From assembly GCA_029856045.1 (NCBI GenBank), contig JAHQWG010000016.1, positions 352,001 through 416,000 on the forward strand: a stretch of 64,000 nucleotides of DNA. Reading direction: 5' to 3'. This document shows, one piece after another, positions 8,632-18,579 of this stretch. The first letter of the stretch is position 1. Each line of letters starts with the position of its first letter. Below the pieces are notes generated by a model. The model had not been told where the DNA came from and searched no databases. It was given only the letters and a program-made list of their open reading frames with translations. The translations under genes and the position numbers were made by a program. The DNA comes from Promethearchaeia archaeon (GTDB lineage: Archaea > Asgardarchaeota > Lokiarchaeia > Sigyniarchaeales > SOKP01).

Positions 8632-10182
8632 ATGTATGTCGCAGCTCTAGATTTGGGAACGTCTGGATGCCGAACAATTATTTTTGATGTTATGGGTTCC
8701 ATAGTGTCAAGCTATTATGAAGAATGGGAGAGCTATTTCCCATCACCATTAATGGTTGAGCAATCGGCAGATCAATGGTATGAAAAATTAAAAATTACAA
8801 TAAAAAATGCAATTGAAAAGGTTTCAATAAACCCACAGGAAATTGTAAGTATTTCAATCACCAATCAGCGTGAAACTATTGTTCCCATTGATGTAGAAGG
8901 AAATTCTTTATATAATGCAATAGTGTGGCAAGATAGAAGAACAACAAATGAATGTGAGATAATTAAAAAAAAGGTTGGAATTGATAAAATCTATAAAATA
9001 ACGGGTTTAACAATAGATCCATATTTTTCTGCCTCAAAAATTCTATGGTTTAAGAACAAAAAACAAGAAATTTATAATAAAACACATAAATTTCTATTGG
9101 TTCATGATTATATTTTATATAAATTAACTGGACAATTTTATACTGATTTTTCTAATGCTTCAAGAACGATGCTATTTGACATCAATACCTTAAAATGGTC
9201 AGATGAGATTGCATCCTTACTTGGAATTGATCTTGATAAAATGCCTACACCTGTAGAAAGTGGTATTGATATAGGTGAATTAACAGCAAATGATACTAGT
9301 TTTGATAAAAAAACGCTTGTAATTACCGGAGCAGGCGATCAACAAGCAGCTGCATTAGGTGTTGGGGTAGTTGAACCTGGCCGAATTAAATGTACTACCG
9401 GGACTGGCTCTTTTATTCTTGCTTATTTAGAAGAACCTCAATTCGACCCCAAAAAGCGAGTATTGTGCAGTTGTCACGCAGTTCCAGGTTCGTGGGTTCA
9501 AGAAGCAAGTATTTTTTCAACTGGAGCTGTTTTTCGTTGGGCTAGAGATCAAATTGGTTTTGAGGAGCGTGAAAAAACTGAATCTGGAAAAGATCCGTAT
9601 GATTTAATGACAAAAATGGCAGAAGAAAGTCCCGTAGGGGCAAATGGATTGATAATGGTCCCCCACTTTGCAGGAGCAGGAGCTCCTTACTGGAATCCTT
9701 ATGCTAGAGGGATTTTATTTGGATTAACATTGGGACATACACGAGCTGATATTTATCGCGCAATTATGGAAAGTGTTGCCTTTGAAGTTAAGAAAAACAT
9801 TCAAATTTTTAATGAACTGAACTTTGAATCAAAAGAATTAAGAGTTACTGGTGGTGGTTCCCGATCGAATTTATGGAATAGTATTATAGCCGATATTGTT
9901 GGAATACCAACATTTAGACCAGAATTGGAGGAGGCTACGGCTTTAGGTGCAGCAATACTAGCCGCTTCTGGCGCTGGAATTTTTCCTGATATTGCAAAAG
10001 CTGCAAATGATATTTGTAAAATTAGTGATAAATGGTATCCGAATAAAGAAAATAATCAAATTTACGAATCAATATTTAATTTTTATAATATTTTTTATAG
10101 TAATTTGGAGAACTCCAATATGTATCGAAAATTTTTCGATTTAAATTTATACAAAAAAAAAAAGGAAGAAAAACAAGAATAA
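8632..10182 (+). CDS. FGGY-family carbohydrate kinase (glycerol kinase-like)
   Basis: DLGTS, ITNQRET, NAIVWQDRRT, DPYFSA.K, TD.SNASRTMLF, GDQQAA and GAPYW. Confidence 0.85.
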   Translation: MYVAALDLGTSGCRTIIFDVMGSIVSSYYEEWESYFPSPLMVEQSADQWYEKLKITIKNAIEKVSINPQEIVSISITNQRETIVPIDVEGNSLYNAIVWQDRRTTNECEIIKKKVGIDKIYKITGLTIDPYFSASKILWFKNKKQEIYNKTHKFLLVHDYILYKLTGQFYTDFSNASRTMLFDINTLKWSDEIASLLGIDLDKMPTPVESGIDIGELTANDTSFDKKTLVITGAGDQQAAALGVGVVEPGRIKCTTGTGSFILAYLEEPQFDPKKRVLCSCHAVPGSWVQEASIFSTGAVFRWARDQIGFEEREKTESGKDPYDLMTKMAEESPVGANGLIMVPHFAGAGAPYWNPYARGILFGLTLGHTRADIYRAIMESVAFEVKKNIQIFNELNFESKELRVTGGGSRSNLWNSIIADIVGIPTFRPELEEATALGAAILAASGAGIFPDIAKAANDICKISDKWYPNKENNQIYESIFNFYNIFYSNLENSNMYRKFFDLNLYKKKKEEKQE

Positions 10183-10273
10183 TGTTACTGTTTAATCAAA
10201 TGATTTAATTATATGAAAATAAATAATTTTATATAATTACTTCATTATTTTTCTGTTAGATATTTAATTAAAT

Positions 10274-10912
10274 TTGGTTGAGATTAAAATGGAAGTATCA
10301 AAAAACGAAAAATTTCAAGAACCAGAGGAAATCGATAAATATCTAAAGCGTCAAATAACTATAGGAAAAATTTTTTTCGTATTTCTAACAATATCAATAA
10401 TTATATGCATTGGTGGTGCGGTATATACTTTAGCAGATATATTTATACCAACTGGAAAACTGGAAGAATTCCTAGCATTAGGATTTGGGCTGCAAATTGC
10501 TGTTTTAGGCAGTTTATTTGCCGGTTTGTTTTTTTTATTAGTAGCTTTTTATGCATTATATAAAAAGGGCAATAAAAAAATTCTAAAAATTTTATTTAAA
10601 GAAAAAAAGCAGATTTTAGACAAATATCGAGGAAAAGTGGGTGTAAAAGTAATTGTATTTGGTGTTTTAATAAGTATTTGTTTTGTTATAGTTGGTATCC
10701 TTTATAGTCTTCTTGAGGTCCTTCTTCTTAGTGGAGGTGAATTCCAAGGTTTAATAGCCTTTTTAGACTCGCTTACTGGAGGACAACGAATTTTATTAAT
10801 TGGATTAGTATCTTTGTCATTGATTGTACTTATTATACTATTTAAATACTTTATTGACCATGGTTATTATCTTATTCTTAAGTTATTATACAATATCGAA
10901 GAGACTGAATAA
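10274..10912 (+). CDS. Hypothetical 4-TM membrane protein with internal duplication
   Basis: Four hydrophobic helices arranged as two similar halves. Confidence 0.65.
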   Translation: MVEIKMEVSKNEKFQEPEEIDKYLKRQITIGKIFFVFLTISIIICIGGAVYTLADIFIPTGKLEEFLALGFGLQIAVLGSLFAGLFFLLVAFYALYKKGNKKILKILFKEKKQILDKYRGKVGVKVIVFGVLISICFVIVGILYSLLEVLLLSGGEFQGLIAFLDSLTGGQRILLIGLVSLSLIVLIILFKYFIDHGYYLILKLLYNIEETE

Positions 10913-11028
10913 AATATTAAAGATTTTTTTTAATTATTTTTTTATTCTCTTAAAAACTTTCACACTATTGTTATTTAAATAAATCTCATTGTACTATATT
11001 TTTAAAAAAAGAGATTTAAAGATCTAAC

Positions 11029-12561
11029 TTGTCAAATAAAATTGGAACAGTATTTTCTATACCCCAGATGGATGTACCAAATGTGTCAAATTACGCTTTT
11101 GTTTTATCTAAGGGTAAGCAAAAATCTGTTGTTAAAAAGGGTTTATTTTGTATAACTCAAACTGCTGAGGGGTGGCTAATCGGAGTTGTTGAAAAAATAA
11201 TTTTAGAAAATGAGTATTTTTCTAATGTTCAAACTGTAAAAGATTATAATGAAAATAATCCAAATGTTATTAAAGGAATGTTTCCATCTGAAAATTTTGA
11301 ATATGGAATTGCTATTAATAAGTGTTTGGGAATAATATCCTTTAAAGATGAAACAAAAACAAAAATATCTAGTATTAAACGGATGTTGTTTCCTGCTAAA
11401 CCAGGAGCTGAAGTTTATCTATGTAGTAAAGAAATTCTGAGTGAGTTCTTGGGATTCAACAATCAAAATGGTTTAAATTTAGGTAGCGTAAAAATTGCGA
11501 ATTTTGATACAAAAATCGACATCAATAGACTTTTGAATAAACATTTTGCAACTTTAGCAATTTCGGGAGCAGGTAAAAGTTATTTAACCTCTGTTCTGTT
11601 AGAAGAGTTGCTTTTAAGGGATAAAGAGAGCGGGGTTCCAGCAATTATTTTAATTGACGTCCATGGTGAATATGTTTATTTTCATAATATTAAGAAATTC
11701 AAAAATCGAGTAAACATTCAAGATTCTTCTTATTTTCAGATTTCTGTGCCAAAATTATTTGCTAAATCTTTTAAAAAGTATCAAGAAAATATTTCAGCTG
11801 CTCAAGTAAGAGAATTAAATAAAATTTTAACAAAAATTAGAAATCAAAAACAAAGCAAATCATATACAATCAAAGACATTATTGATAATATTGAAAATGA
11901 TGATGAGATTAATAAAAGCACTCAACAAGCCTTAATTGGATGGTTAGATGAATTAGATTACCTACGACTCTTTGGCTCCCAAGAGAATCCTCCAATTGAG
12001 CATCTATTAAAAACTGGAAATTTAACAATCTTCAATTTACAATCTGAGACCTCTATTCGCAAAAAACAGATTATAGTTGATTACATTGCGAGCCAACTCT
12101 TTTATTTCCGAAAGAAAAACAAAATTCCTCCTTTTCTGCTAATTATAGAAGAATCTCATCAATTTTGTCCTGAAGCGGCACAATCAAAGGCAATATCTAA
12201 ATGGATAATTGAAACAATCGCTCGAGAAGGAAGGAAATTTATGGCGTGTTTGAATTTGATCTCCCAGCGTCCAAAACGATTGAGTTCTACTGCTTTATCC
12301 CAATGTAATTCTAAATTAATATTGAAAATCTCTAACCCTTATGATTTAAAACATATTCAGGAATCAGATGAATCCATTACAAAATCATATACTGAAATGA
12401 TTTCCAGCTTAGCAGTGGGAGAATTATTGATTGTTGGAAATGCAGTAAATTATCCTACATTTATTGAAGTACGCCAACGTATTAGCGATCCAACCAAATC
12501 ACACTCATTAATAGAAATGTCTAGTCACTGGTGGAATCTTCATGAGAAGGAGAAAAATTAA
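11029..12561 (+). CDS. herA: HerA/DUF87 family ATPase
   Basis: N-terminal HAS-barrel-like region, KHFATLAISGAGKS (Walker A), IDVHGEY, IIEESH (Walker B), AREGRKF and SQRP. Confidence 0.85.
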   Translation: MSNKIGTVFSIPQMDVPNVSNYAFVLSKGKQKSVVKKGLFCITQTAEGWLIGVVEKIILENEYFSNVQTVKDYNENNPNVIKGMFPSENFEYGIAINKCLGIISFKDETKTKISSIKRMLFPAKPGAEVYLCSKEILSEFLGFNNQNGLNLGSVKIANFDTKIDINRLLNKHFATLAISGAGKSYLTSVLLEELLLRDKESGVPAIILIDVHGEYVYFHNIKKFKNRVNIQDSSYFQISVPKLFAKSFKKYQENISAAQVRELNKILTKIRNQKQSKSYTIKDIIDNIENDDEINKSTQQALIGWLDELDYLRLFGSQENPPIEHLLKTGNLTIFNLQSETSIRKKQIIVDYIASQLFYFRKKNKIPPFLLIIEESHQFCPEAAQSKAISKWIIETIAREGRKFMACLNLISQRPKRLSSTALSQCNSKLILKISNPYDLKHIQESDESITKSYTEMISSLAVGELLIVGNAVNYPTFIEVRQRISDPTKSHSLIEMSSHWWNLHEKEKN

Positions 12562-12834
12562 TTAAAACATATTTTCTAACACTTCTTTATTTAATACATT
12601 ATTGTTTTTCTGTAACGTAATCATTCTTTTCGTTTTTGATACTTTCTGTAGATATATTACTCCCATCGTTTCTAACTTCAATAAATATTCATTCAGAATG
12701 ACCATATTTAAATATGAATAACTTTTTTTTAACAACTCTAAAAGCCTTTGATCCATAATTTCTCCTTTTTGAGATACAATAATGTCGATTATCTCATTGA
12801 TTACTGGTTTAGCGCTCCAAATTCCTGATTTCAT
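12562..12834 (-). CDS. Small winged-helix protein downstream of cdc48
   Basis: LNEYLLKLETMGVIYL recognition-helix/wing pattern; 90 aa. Confidence 0.6.
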   Translation of the reverse strand: MKSGIWSAKPVINEIIDIIVSQKGEIMDQRLLELLKKSYSYLNMVILNEYLLKLETMGVIYLQKVSKTKRMITLQKNNNVLNKEVLENMF

Positions 12835-12910
12835 TTTTATATATCACACTTTTTAAAATATCTTTTTAATTAATTATTATAAATTTTTATAAAAAATATC
12901 TATTTGGAAA

Positions 12911-15175
12911 TTAAACAAAAAATTGCTCTTCCGGCTTTTTACCAATGCTACCTCTTCTTAGAATCTTCTCAAATTCTTGGTAAAATTTAACGATCTCATC
13001 CGTAATTGTAGGATGTATGGATTCTAATGCTTCTTTGAAATGATCCTTGGATACTTTTCTTTTATTAATATTTTCTCTAAGTGCAACCATTGCTGCTTCT
13101 CTGCAAAAGGATTCTATATCTGCACCTGTAAAATTATTGGTTATTTCTAATAATTCATCAATTTTAACATCAGACGCAAGAGGAATATCTTTGAGAAAAA
13201 TTTTAAATATTAATCTTCTATCTTCTTTTGTTGGTGCTGGAATAAATAATAATCTATCAATTCTCCCAGGACGAATTAAGGCTGGATCTAGGATATCTGG
13301 CCTGTTTGTTGCAGCAATTACAATAATATCTTGCATTTGTTCTAATCCGTCTAATTCAGTTAGAAATTGAGAAATAACACGTTCAGTGACTCCTGAATCT
13401 CCATAATGTCCACCCCGTCGAGGGGCGATTGAATCTAATTCATCGAAAAATATGATACATGGTGAAGCTAATTTGGCTTTTCTAAAGATTTCCCTTATCG
13501 CTTTCTCACTTTCTCCAACCCATTTGGATAATAATTCCGGTCCCTTAATAGAAATAAAATTGGCTTTAGTTTCAGTAGCTACTGCTCTTGCTAAAAGAGT
13601 TTTTCCACAACCTGGGGGTCCAAATAATAATATGCCACGGGGTGGCTTAATACCCATTCTCTCAAAAACTTTTGGGTTAGATAATGGCCAATCTATAGAT
13701 TCTATTAATCGTTGTTTTACATTATCTAAACCACCAACTTCATCCCACTTAACTCGTGGTACTTCAATGAATACCTCTCTAATTCCTGAAGGTGTGACCT
13801 CTTTTAAAGCACTATTAAAATCTTCTTCAATCACTTCTATTTGTTCTAGTAATTCTGGGTCAATTTCTTCAGATTCTAAATCTATATGAGGTAAATATCT
13901 TCGCAATGCTGCCATTGCCGCTTCACGACATACTGCAGATACATCAGCTCCTACAAATCCATGAGTATTTCTAGATAATTCTTTTAAATTGACTCCTTTT
14001 GCAAGTGGCATATTTCTTGTATGTATTAAAAATATTTCATAACGTCCTTTCTCATCAGGGACTTTAATCTCAATTTCTCTATCAAATCGTCCTGGTCTTC
14101 TTAAAGCAGGATCTAAACTATTGGGGCGATTTGTAGCCCCAATGACAATTACTTTACCTCTAGCATGTAATCCATCCATTAAAGCTAACATTTGAGCAAC
14201 AACTCTTCGTTCTACTTCACCTGTAACTGTCTCTCTTTTTGGAGCTATTGCATCAATCTCATCAATAAATATAATCCCGGGAGCTTTTTCTTCCGCTTCT
14301 TGAAATAGTTTTCGTAATCTTTTCTCAGATTCACCATAAAATTTACTCATAATTTCAGGTCCATTAATTGATATAAAATGTGCTTCACTTTCATTGGCTA
14401 CTGCTTTCGCCAATAATGTCTTCCCACAACCGGGAGGACCACGAAGTAATACACCTTTTGGTGGATCAATCCCTAATCTTTTAAATAATGATGGATGTCG
14501 AAGAGGTAGTTCAACCATTTCTCTCACACGGGTAATTTCTTTATCTAAACCACCAACATCTTCATAAGTTACGTAAGAAACCCCCATTTTTTCCTCTTCG
14601 CTAATTTTTTCGCTTATATGAAGAATCGTCTGCTCATTATTTATGATACAGATTCCTTTAGGATTTGTTCGAATTACTTTAAAGGTAATTTCTCTCGAAA
14701 TTCCAATTGAGATAAAAATAGTATCGTTAATGTTAATTGGATAATTATCTAATTTCCTCTTGACAAAACTTTCAAATCGTGGATTTGATCTGATCTTAAC
14801 TTCGCTAGGAGCTAAAATTACATTTTTCGCAATTTTAATATTCACTTTTCGTAGCTCAACTACATCATCAATACTTGCTCCAGTGTTTTTACGAAGCCTT
14901 GAGTCAATCCTAACTATATTCAGACCTGAATCTTGAGGATAACTTGGCCATGCTATGCCTGCACTTTCTGTTTTACCTTTAATTGCAACAACATCACCTG
15001 TTTTAATATTCAACCGTTCCATAACTTCATGGTCAATTCTTATAATGTTTCTTCCGATATCACGCTTTTTGGCTTTTTGAATTCTCAAATGTACTTTTCC
15101 ATAAGATTCCTCAATCTCTTCTTCTTCCTCCTCTTCCTCATCCTCCTCAAAATCATCGTCTTTAGATTCATCCAT
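12911..15175 (-). CDS. cdc48: Cdc48/p97/VAT AAA+ ATPase
   Basis: N domain, two AAA modules (GPPGCGKT twice, IFIDEID/IFFDELD, RPGR). The start is placed at ATG 15175 (MDESKDDD) rather than the upstream TTG at 15241. Confidence 0.95.
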   Translation of the reverse strand: MDESKDDDFEEDEEEEEEEEIEESYGKVHLRIQKAKKRDIGRNIIRIDHEVMERLNIKTGDVVAIKGKTESAGIAWPSYPQDSGLNIVRIDSRLRKNTGASIDDVVELRKVNIKIAKNVILAPSEVKIRSNPRFESFVKRKLDNYPININDTIFISIGISREITFKVIRTNPKGICIINNEQTILHISEKISEEEKMGVSYVTYEDVGGLDKEITRVREMVELPLRHPSLFKRLGIDPPKGVLLRGPPGCGKTLLAKAVANESEAHFISINGPEIMSKFYGESEKRLRKLFQEAEEKAPGIIFIDEIDAIAPKRETVTGEVERRVVAQMLALMDGLHARGKVIVIGATNRPNSLDPALRRPGRFDREIEIKVPDEKGRYEIFLIHTRNMPLAKGVNLKELSRNTHGFVGADVSAVCREAAMAALRRYLPHIDLESEEIDPELLEQIEVIEEDFNSALKEVTPSGIREVFIEVPRVKWDEVGGLDNVKQRLIESIDWPLSNPKVFERMGIKPPRGILLFGPPGCGKTLLARAVATETKANFISIKGPELLSKWVGESEKAIREIFRKAKLASPCIIFFDELDSIAPRRGGHYGDSGVTERVISQFLTELDGLEQMQDIIVIAATNRPDILDPALIRPGRIDRLLFIPAPTKEDRRLIFKIFLKDIPLASDVKIDELLEITNNFTGADIESFCREAAMVALRENINKRKVSKDHFKEALESIHPTITDEIVKFYQEFEKILRRGSIGKKPEEQFFV

Positions 15176-15277
15176 AATTTTCAGTCCCTTTCTTTTTAAA
15201 AATCTTAATTTGTTTCTCCTTAAAAATAAAGAAATTAACAAATACTAAAAGTTTTTTGATTTATTAAATACATATGT

Positions 15278-16327
15278 TCATTTAAAAAATTGTTCTAAAG
15301 ATGTTTGCTTTTTTGCAGATTCTATTTTTTTTAATCTTTCAAGGGCATTTTTAACCCGAGATTCTGAAAAATTGTGTTTATTAATTAAAAAATCTTCAAT
15401 TTTATCAAAATTTGGTTTTCCTTTATCTAATGATTGATAATTCTCCTCAATTGAGGGATTTAGAAATAAATCCTTAACCTTTTCAATTAAATCGAGATCT
15501 AGTTCTATTATTTGACCCCTAATTTTTACTTTTTTTGCTACTATCTCTTCTATCGAATTATGTTTTTTTATTAAACTATAAGCCGTTTTTTCACCAATTC
15601 CTGTTACTCCCTCGTAAAAATCAGTTCCAATTAAAATCCCCATCTCAATAAGCTGCTCTCTTTTAATATTTAAATTTTCTAATAGTTTGGACAATAATAT
15701 CCATTCAATATCCAAATTTACTGATGTTTCTCTTACCTTCCTTGATCTAGTAACTGCAAAATTCCTAAGTAATCTTTTAGCTCCAAATAACAATGTGTCA
15801 TAATCTTGAGAAGCAGATGCCCATACATCTCCATTATTTACCATATAAGCAATTTGCGCCTCGCCCTCTGAAGGAGCTTGAACAACTGGAACACCTAAAT
15901 AATTAAGAAGAATTTTACTATCCTCAATCATCTTTTCATCTAATTTGGATGTAGCTTGTGCAAATTTTCTCGCTTCTACTAAATCTCCCTTTAATTGTGC
16001 TTCTTCCATTCTTCCTTTTGCTTCTAATTTTCTCTCTTTTCTCTCTCTTATAATTTCCAACTTTAAATTTGAAGGTTTTCCATCAAAAACATAAATTGGG
16101 TGAATATTTGCTTCAAGAAAATTAATTGTTCTATAAAATAACCCAGATAAATGTGAAGTAATATTTCCTTGATAATCCTTTAAGGGAGTACCATCTTGCT
16201 GCCTAATTATAGCAAGGAACTGGTATAAAGTATTGAAAGCATCAATCGCAATCTTCTTATTGAATAAATTCTCAAAAGTGATAATTCTTTTTGCTTCCCT
16301 TACTAGCTCACTTATTTTAACTCCCAT
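15278..16327 (-). CDS. fen1: Flap endonuclease 1
   Basis: AIDAFNTLYQFL, TSHLSGLFYRT, APSEGEAQ, SQDYD and C-terminal PIP box QTSLEQFF. Confidence 0.97.
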   Translation of the reverse strand: MGVKISELVREAKRIITFENLFNKKIAIDAFNTLYQFLAIIRQQDGTPLKDYQGNITSHLSGLFYRTINFLEANIHPIYVFDGKPSNLKLEIIRERKERKLEAKGRMEEAQLKGDLVEARKFAQATSKLDEKMIEDSKILLNYLGVPVVQAPSEGEAQIAYMVNNGDVWASASQDYDTLLFGAKRLLRNFAVTRSRKVRETSVNLDIEWILLSKLLENLNIKREQLIEMGILIGTDFYEGVTGIGEKTAYSLIKKHNSIEEIVAKKVKIRGQIIELDLDLIEKVKDLFLNPSIEENYQSLDKGKPNFDKIEDFLINKHNFSESRVKNALERLKKIESAKKQTSLEQFFK

Positions 16328-16402
16328 ATAACAATCGTCCAGTTAAAATCTTATTCAAACAATTATCAAATGTAATAATCTATTTGAACCTTTTAAATCA
16401 CA

Positions 16403-17341
16403 CTATTTTGAAGGCAGCCGAATTCTCGGTAATATCTTTTGTAACCTATAAAAATAACTTTTACCAATATTACTTGAGAGTCTTATTAGCTTGAAAGTTT
16501 CTTCTGACATCTTAACCCGAATTTTATTTTTTGGATATACTTTTGTTATTACGCGGCGTCCATCAATAATTAAGGTTCCATTTAAATGTGCTCTTAATAA
16601 AGTTATTTCAAATTCTGAATCTTTTGGAAAAATCATCGGAACTAATCCTGAACGTGCATATGGGTTTATGGGGACTAATTGGATAACCTCCATGCTTGGA
16701 GCTAAAATTGCTCCTCCAGCTGAGAATGCATAAGCAGTGCTTCCTGTGGGTGTTGATAATATCAATCCATCTAGATATGCATTTGAGAGAAATTCACCAT
16801 TCACTTTAACAGATATTTGCATCACTTTAGACTGTCTTGTAGAAATTAATAACACCTCATTTATTGCCTCATCCAATTGAATATTTGAATTAGGAGATGT
16901 AGACAAAAAAGTAGATAATCGAGAGCACTCTTCTACCAAATATTTTCTATTTAAAATTTTTTCTAGATCATTATATACTGTCTTTTCATTACCTTCACTT
17001 AAGAAGGCGATTGAAGTTCCAGTTTTTGCACAACCATATACTGGAGGCGTTTCTTTTTTAGGTAATCCATGAAACACACGTAAAATCGATCCATCACCTC
17101 CTACTGAAATGACGAACTTGATTTTATTTTCTGTCATTTGATTAAGTTCCATTCCTAAATCTTCTCTACCTAATCTATTGCATATCCTTTTTTCTAAGAA
17201 AACTCTTTCGCCCTTCTCAAATAAGAAACTCATAATTCTTCTTGCTAAATTAATCGATTCAATTGAATCCATACGAGATGTGATCGCAATTGCATCTTCT
17301 TTTTGTCCCACTTCTACATACGCCTCTGTTATTTTTTGCAA
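16403..17341 (-). CDS. nadK: NAD(+) kinase
   Basis: GGDGS, NE and DGLILSTPTGSTAYAFSAGG. Confidence 0.92.
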   Translation of the reverse strand: MQKITEAYVEVGQKEDAIAITSRMDSIESINLARRIMSFLFEKGERVFLEKRICNRLGREDLGMELNQMTENKIKFVISVGGDGSILRVFHGLPKKETPPVYGCAKTGTSIAFLSEGNEKTVYNDLEKILNRKYLVEECSRLSTFLSTSPNSNIQLDEAINEVLLISTRQSKVMQISVKVNGEFLSNAYLDGLILSTPTGSTAYAFSAGGAILAPSMEVIQLVPINPYARSGLVPMIFPKDSEFEITLLRAHLNGTLIIDGRRVITKVYPKNKIRVKMSEETFKLIRLSSNIGKSYFYRLQKILPRIRLPSK

Positions 17342-17439
17342 TATTAATTAAAAATACCTTAAAAAACTTCTTATGAAATAGATATTTCAGAAAGAAAATA
17401 TAGTTTTAGTTTGAAATAAAATAGATTTAGTTGCTTAAA

Positions 17440-17868
17440 TTATTCAGTACTTATCCGTTTGATTAATTTTTTACCCAATAAATCCCAATATTCAATTATT
17501 GAATGGCTCATTTTATCTTCATCTTGTTGTAATTCCTTGAGTTTATTAATTAAGTCTTGTTCCTTAGGCCATTCAATATCAAATGACTCATAACTCTCAC
17601 TATTCATAATCTGCAATGAATTGTCTTCTATAAAATTTATATGAGCTGTTCCTTTAAAAATATCAGGAGTGTCGACCATATGTCCAGATGGAATTGTTAA
17701 AGAACGTTTATTTCCATCAAAGAGACCTACGCACACAACCCTCATTTTTGCATGTCCATGTTTACCGGATTTACTTTTTTCAATAGATTTAATTAAACAA
17801 GGCTCTTCATCCTCAATAAGATAAGACCCAGCTTTTAATTTTTGAATTTCAGTTTTTCTTATTGACAT
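17440..17868 (-). CDS. eif5a: Translation factor IF-5A
   Basis: Hypusination motif SKSGKHGHAK. Confidence 0.95.
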   Translation of the reverse strand: MSIRKTEIQKLKAGSYLIEDEEPCLIKSIEKSKSGKHGHAKMRVVCVGLFDGNKRSLTIPSGHMVDTPDIFKGTAHINFIEDNSLQIMNSESYESFDIEWPKEQDLINKLKELQQDEDKMSHSIIEYWDLLGKKLIKRISTE

Positions 17869-17967
17869 TTTTAATACTATTTTTTAATTTTTTATTATTT
17901 CCTTCGTTAATTTATCATATTTAATATTTTTTTTTGTTTTTGTTAATCTTTTAAACTTACTTTTTAT

Positions 17968-18390
17968 TTATAAATCTTTAAAAAGCATTTCTTTTAGGTC
18001 TTTGGAAATTCCTTTTAGATTTCTTAAATCAATAGCAATAAAATTTAACATATCCAAAGGCGCTTTCTTTCTTTCCCAAACAATTCTAATCCAGTTCTCT
18101 ATCCATTCCAATTTTACATAGGGATCCTTTATCATCGATCTTAATGCCGTAATCTTCTTTACTACTGTTAAGGTATCTTCAAGCATGCATGCTACTGCCC
18201 ACATATTAATAATTGCTTCTAATTCAGAATCTATAGGAACTAAATTAAAAGCTTCTGCAAAGAATTTTTTTTTGTATTCTATAGATTCATTACTCATAAG
18301 AAGAGCTCGATCTAAATCCATTGCAATCTTATTATGTGGTGATTTTTTGAGCTTTTCAATAAGATTTTGAATTCTAAGGGATTTACTCAT
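17968..18390 (-). CDS. Hypothetical alpha-helical protein
   Basis: 140-aa ORF with ATG start and no longer competing ORF. Confidence 0.6.
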   Translation of the reverse strand: MSKSLRIQNLIEKLKKSPHNKIAMDLDRALLMSNESIEYKKKFFAEAFNLVPIDSELEAIINMWAVACMLEDTLTVVKKITALRSMIKDPYVKLEWIENWIRIVWERKKAPLDMLNFIAIDLRNLKGISKDLKEMLFKDL

Positions 18391-18579
18391 AAAATATTTA
18401 TAATGATATCGCTTTTTAATTTTTTTATGAAATAGATTCGCATCTATTAAATTTACATAATAAATTTAAAGTGAGTATTTAGAAAGTATTAAATTCTCTT
18501 TGGTTAATTCTCATTTACTTAAATTTATTATTACTAAATAAATTTGAGAACTCAAAAAAAAATTTGAAAGTGTATTACT

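Noticed and set aside
10153-10163. Poly-A run near the end of the FGGY kinase as a phase-variation or frameshift site
   Set aside because: It lies after the complete kinase domain, and homopolymer runs are common in this A/T-rich sequence.
13047-15199. Antisense ORFs inside cdc48, and similar shadow ORFs inside porB, nadK, srp54, pyrC, nadC, PiT, tldD/pmbA, the GTPase, hef, the kinase, actin, mutL and mutS
   Set aside because: They lie within or largely overlap well-supported genes, have no motifs, and are expected by-products of codon bias.
15176-15241. TTG-initiated N-terminal extension of cdc48
   Set aside because: It reads like translated A/T promoter sequence; ATG 15175 is the more plausible start.
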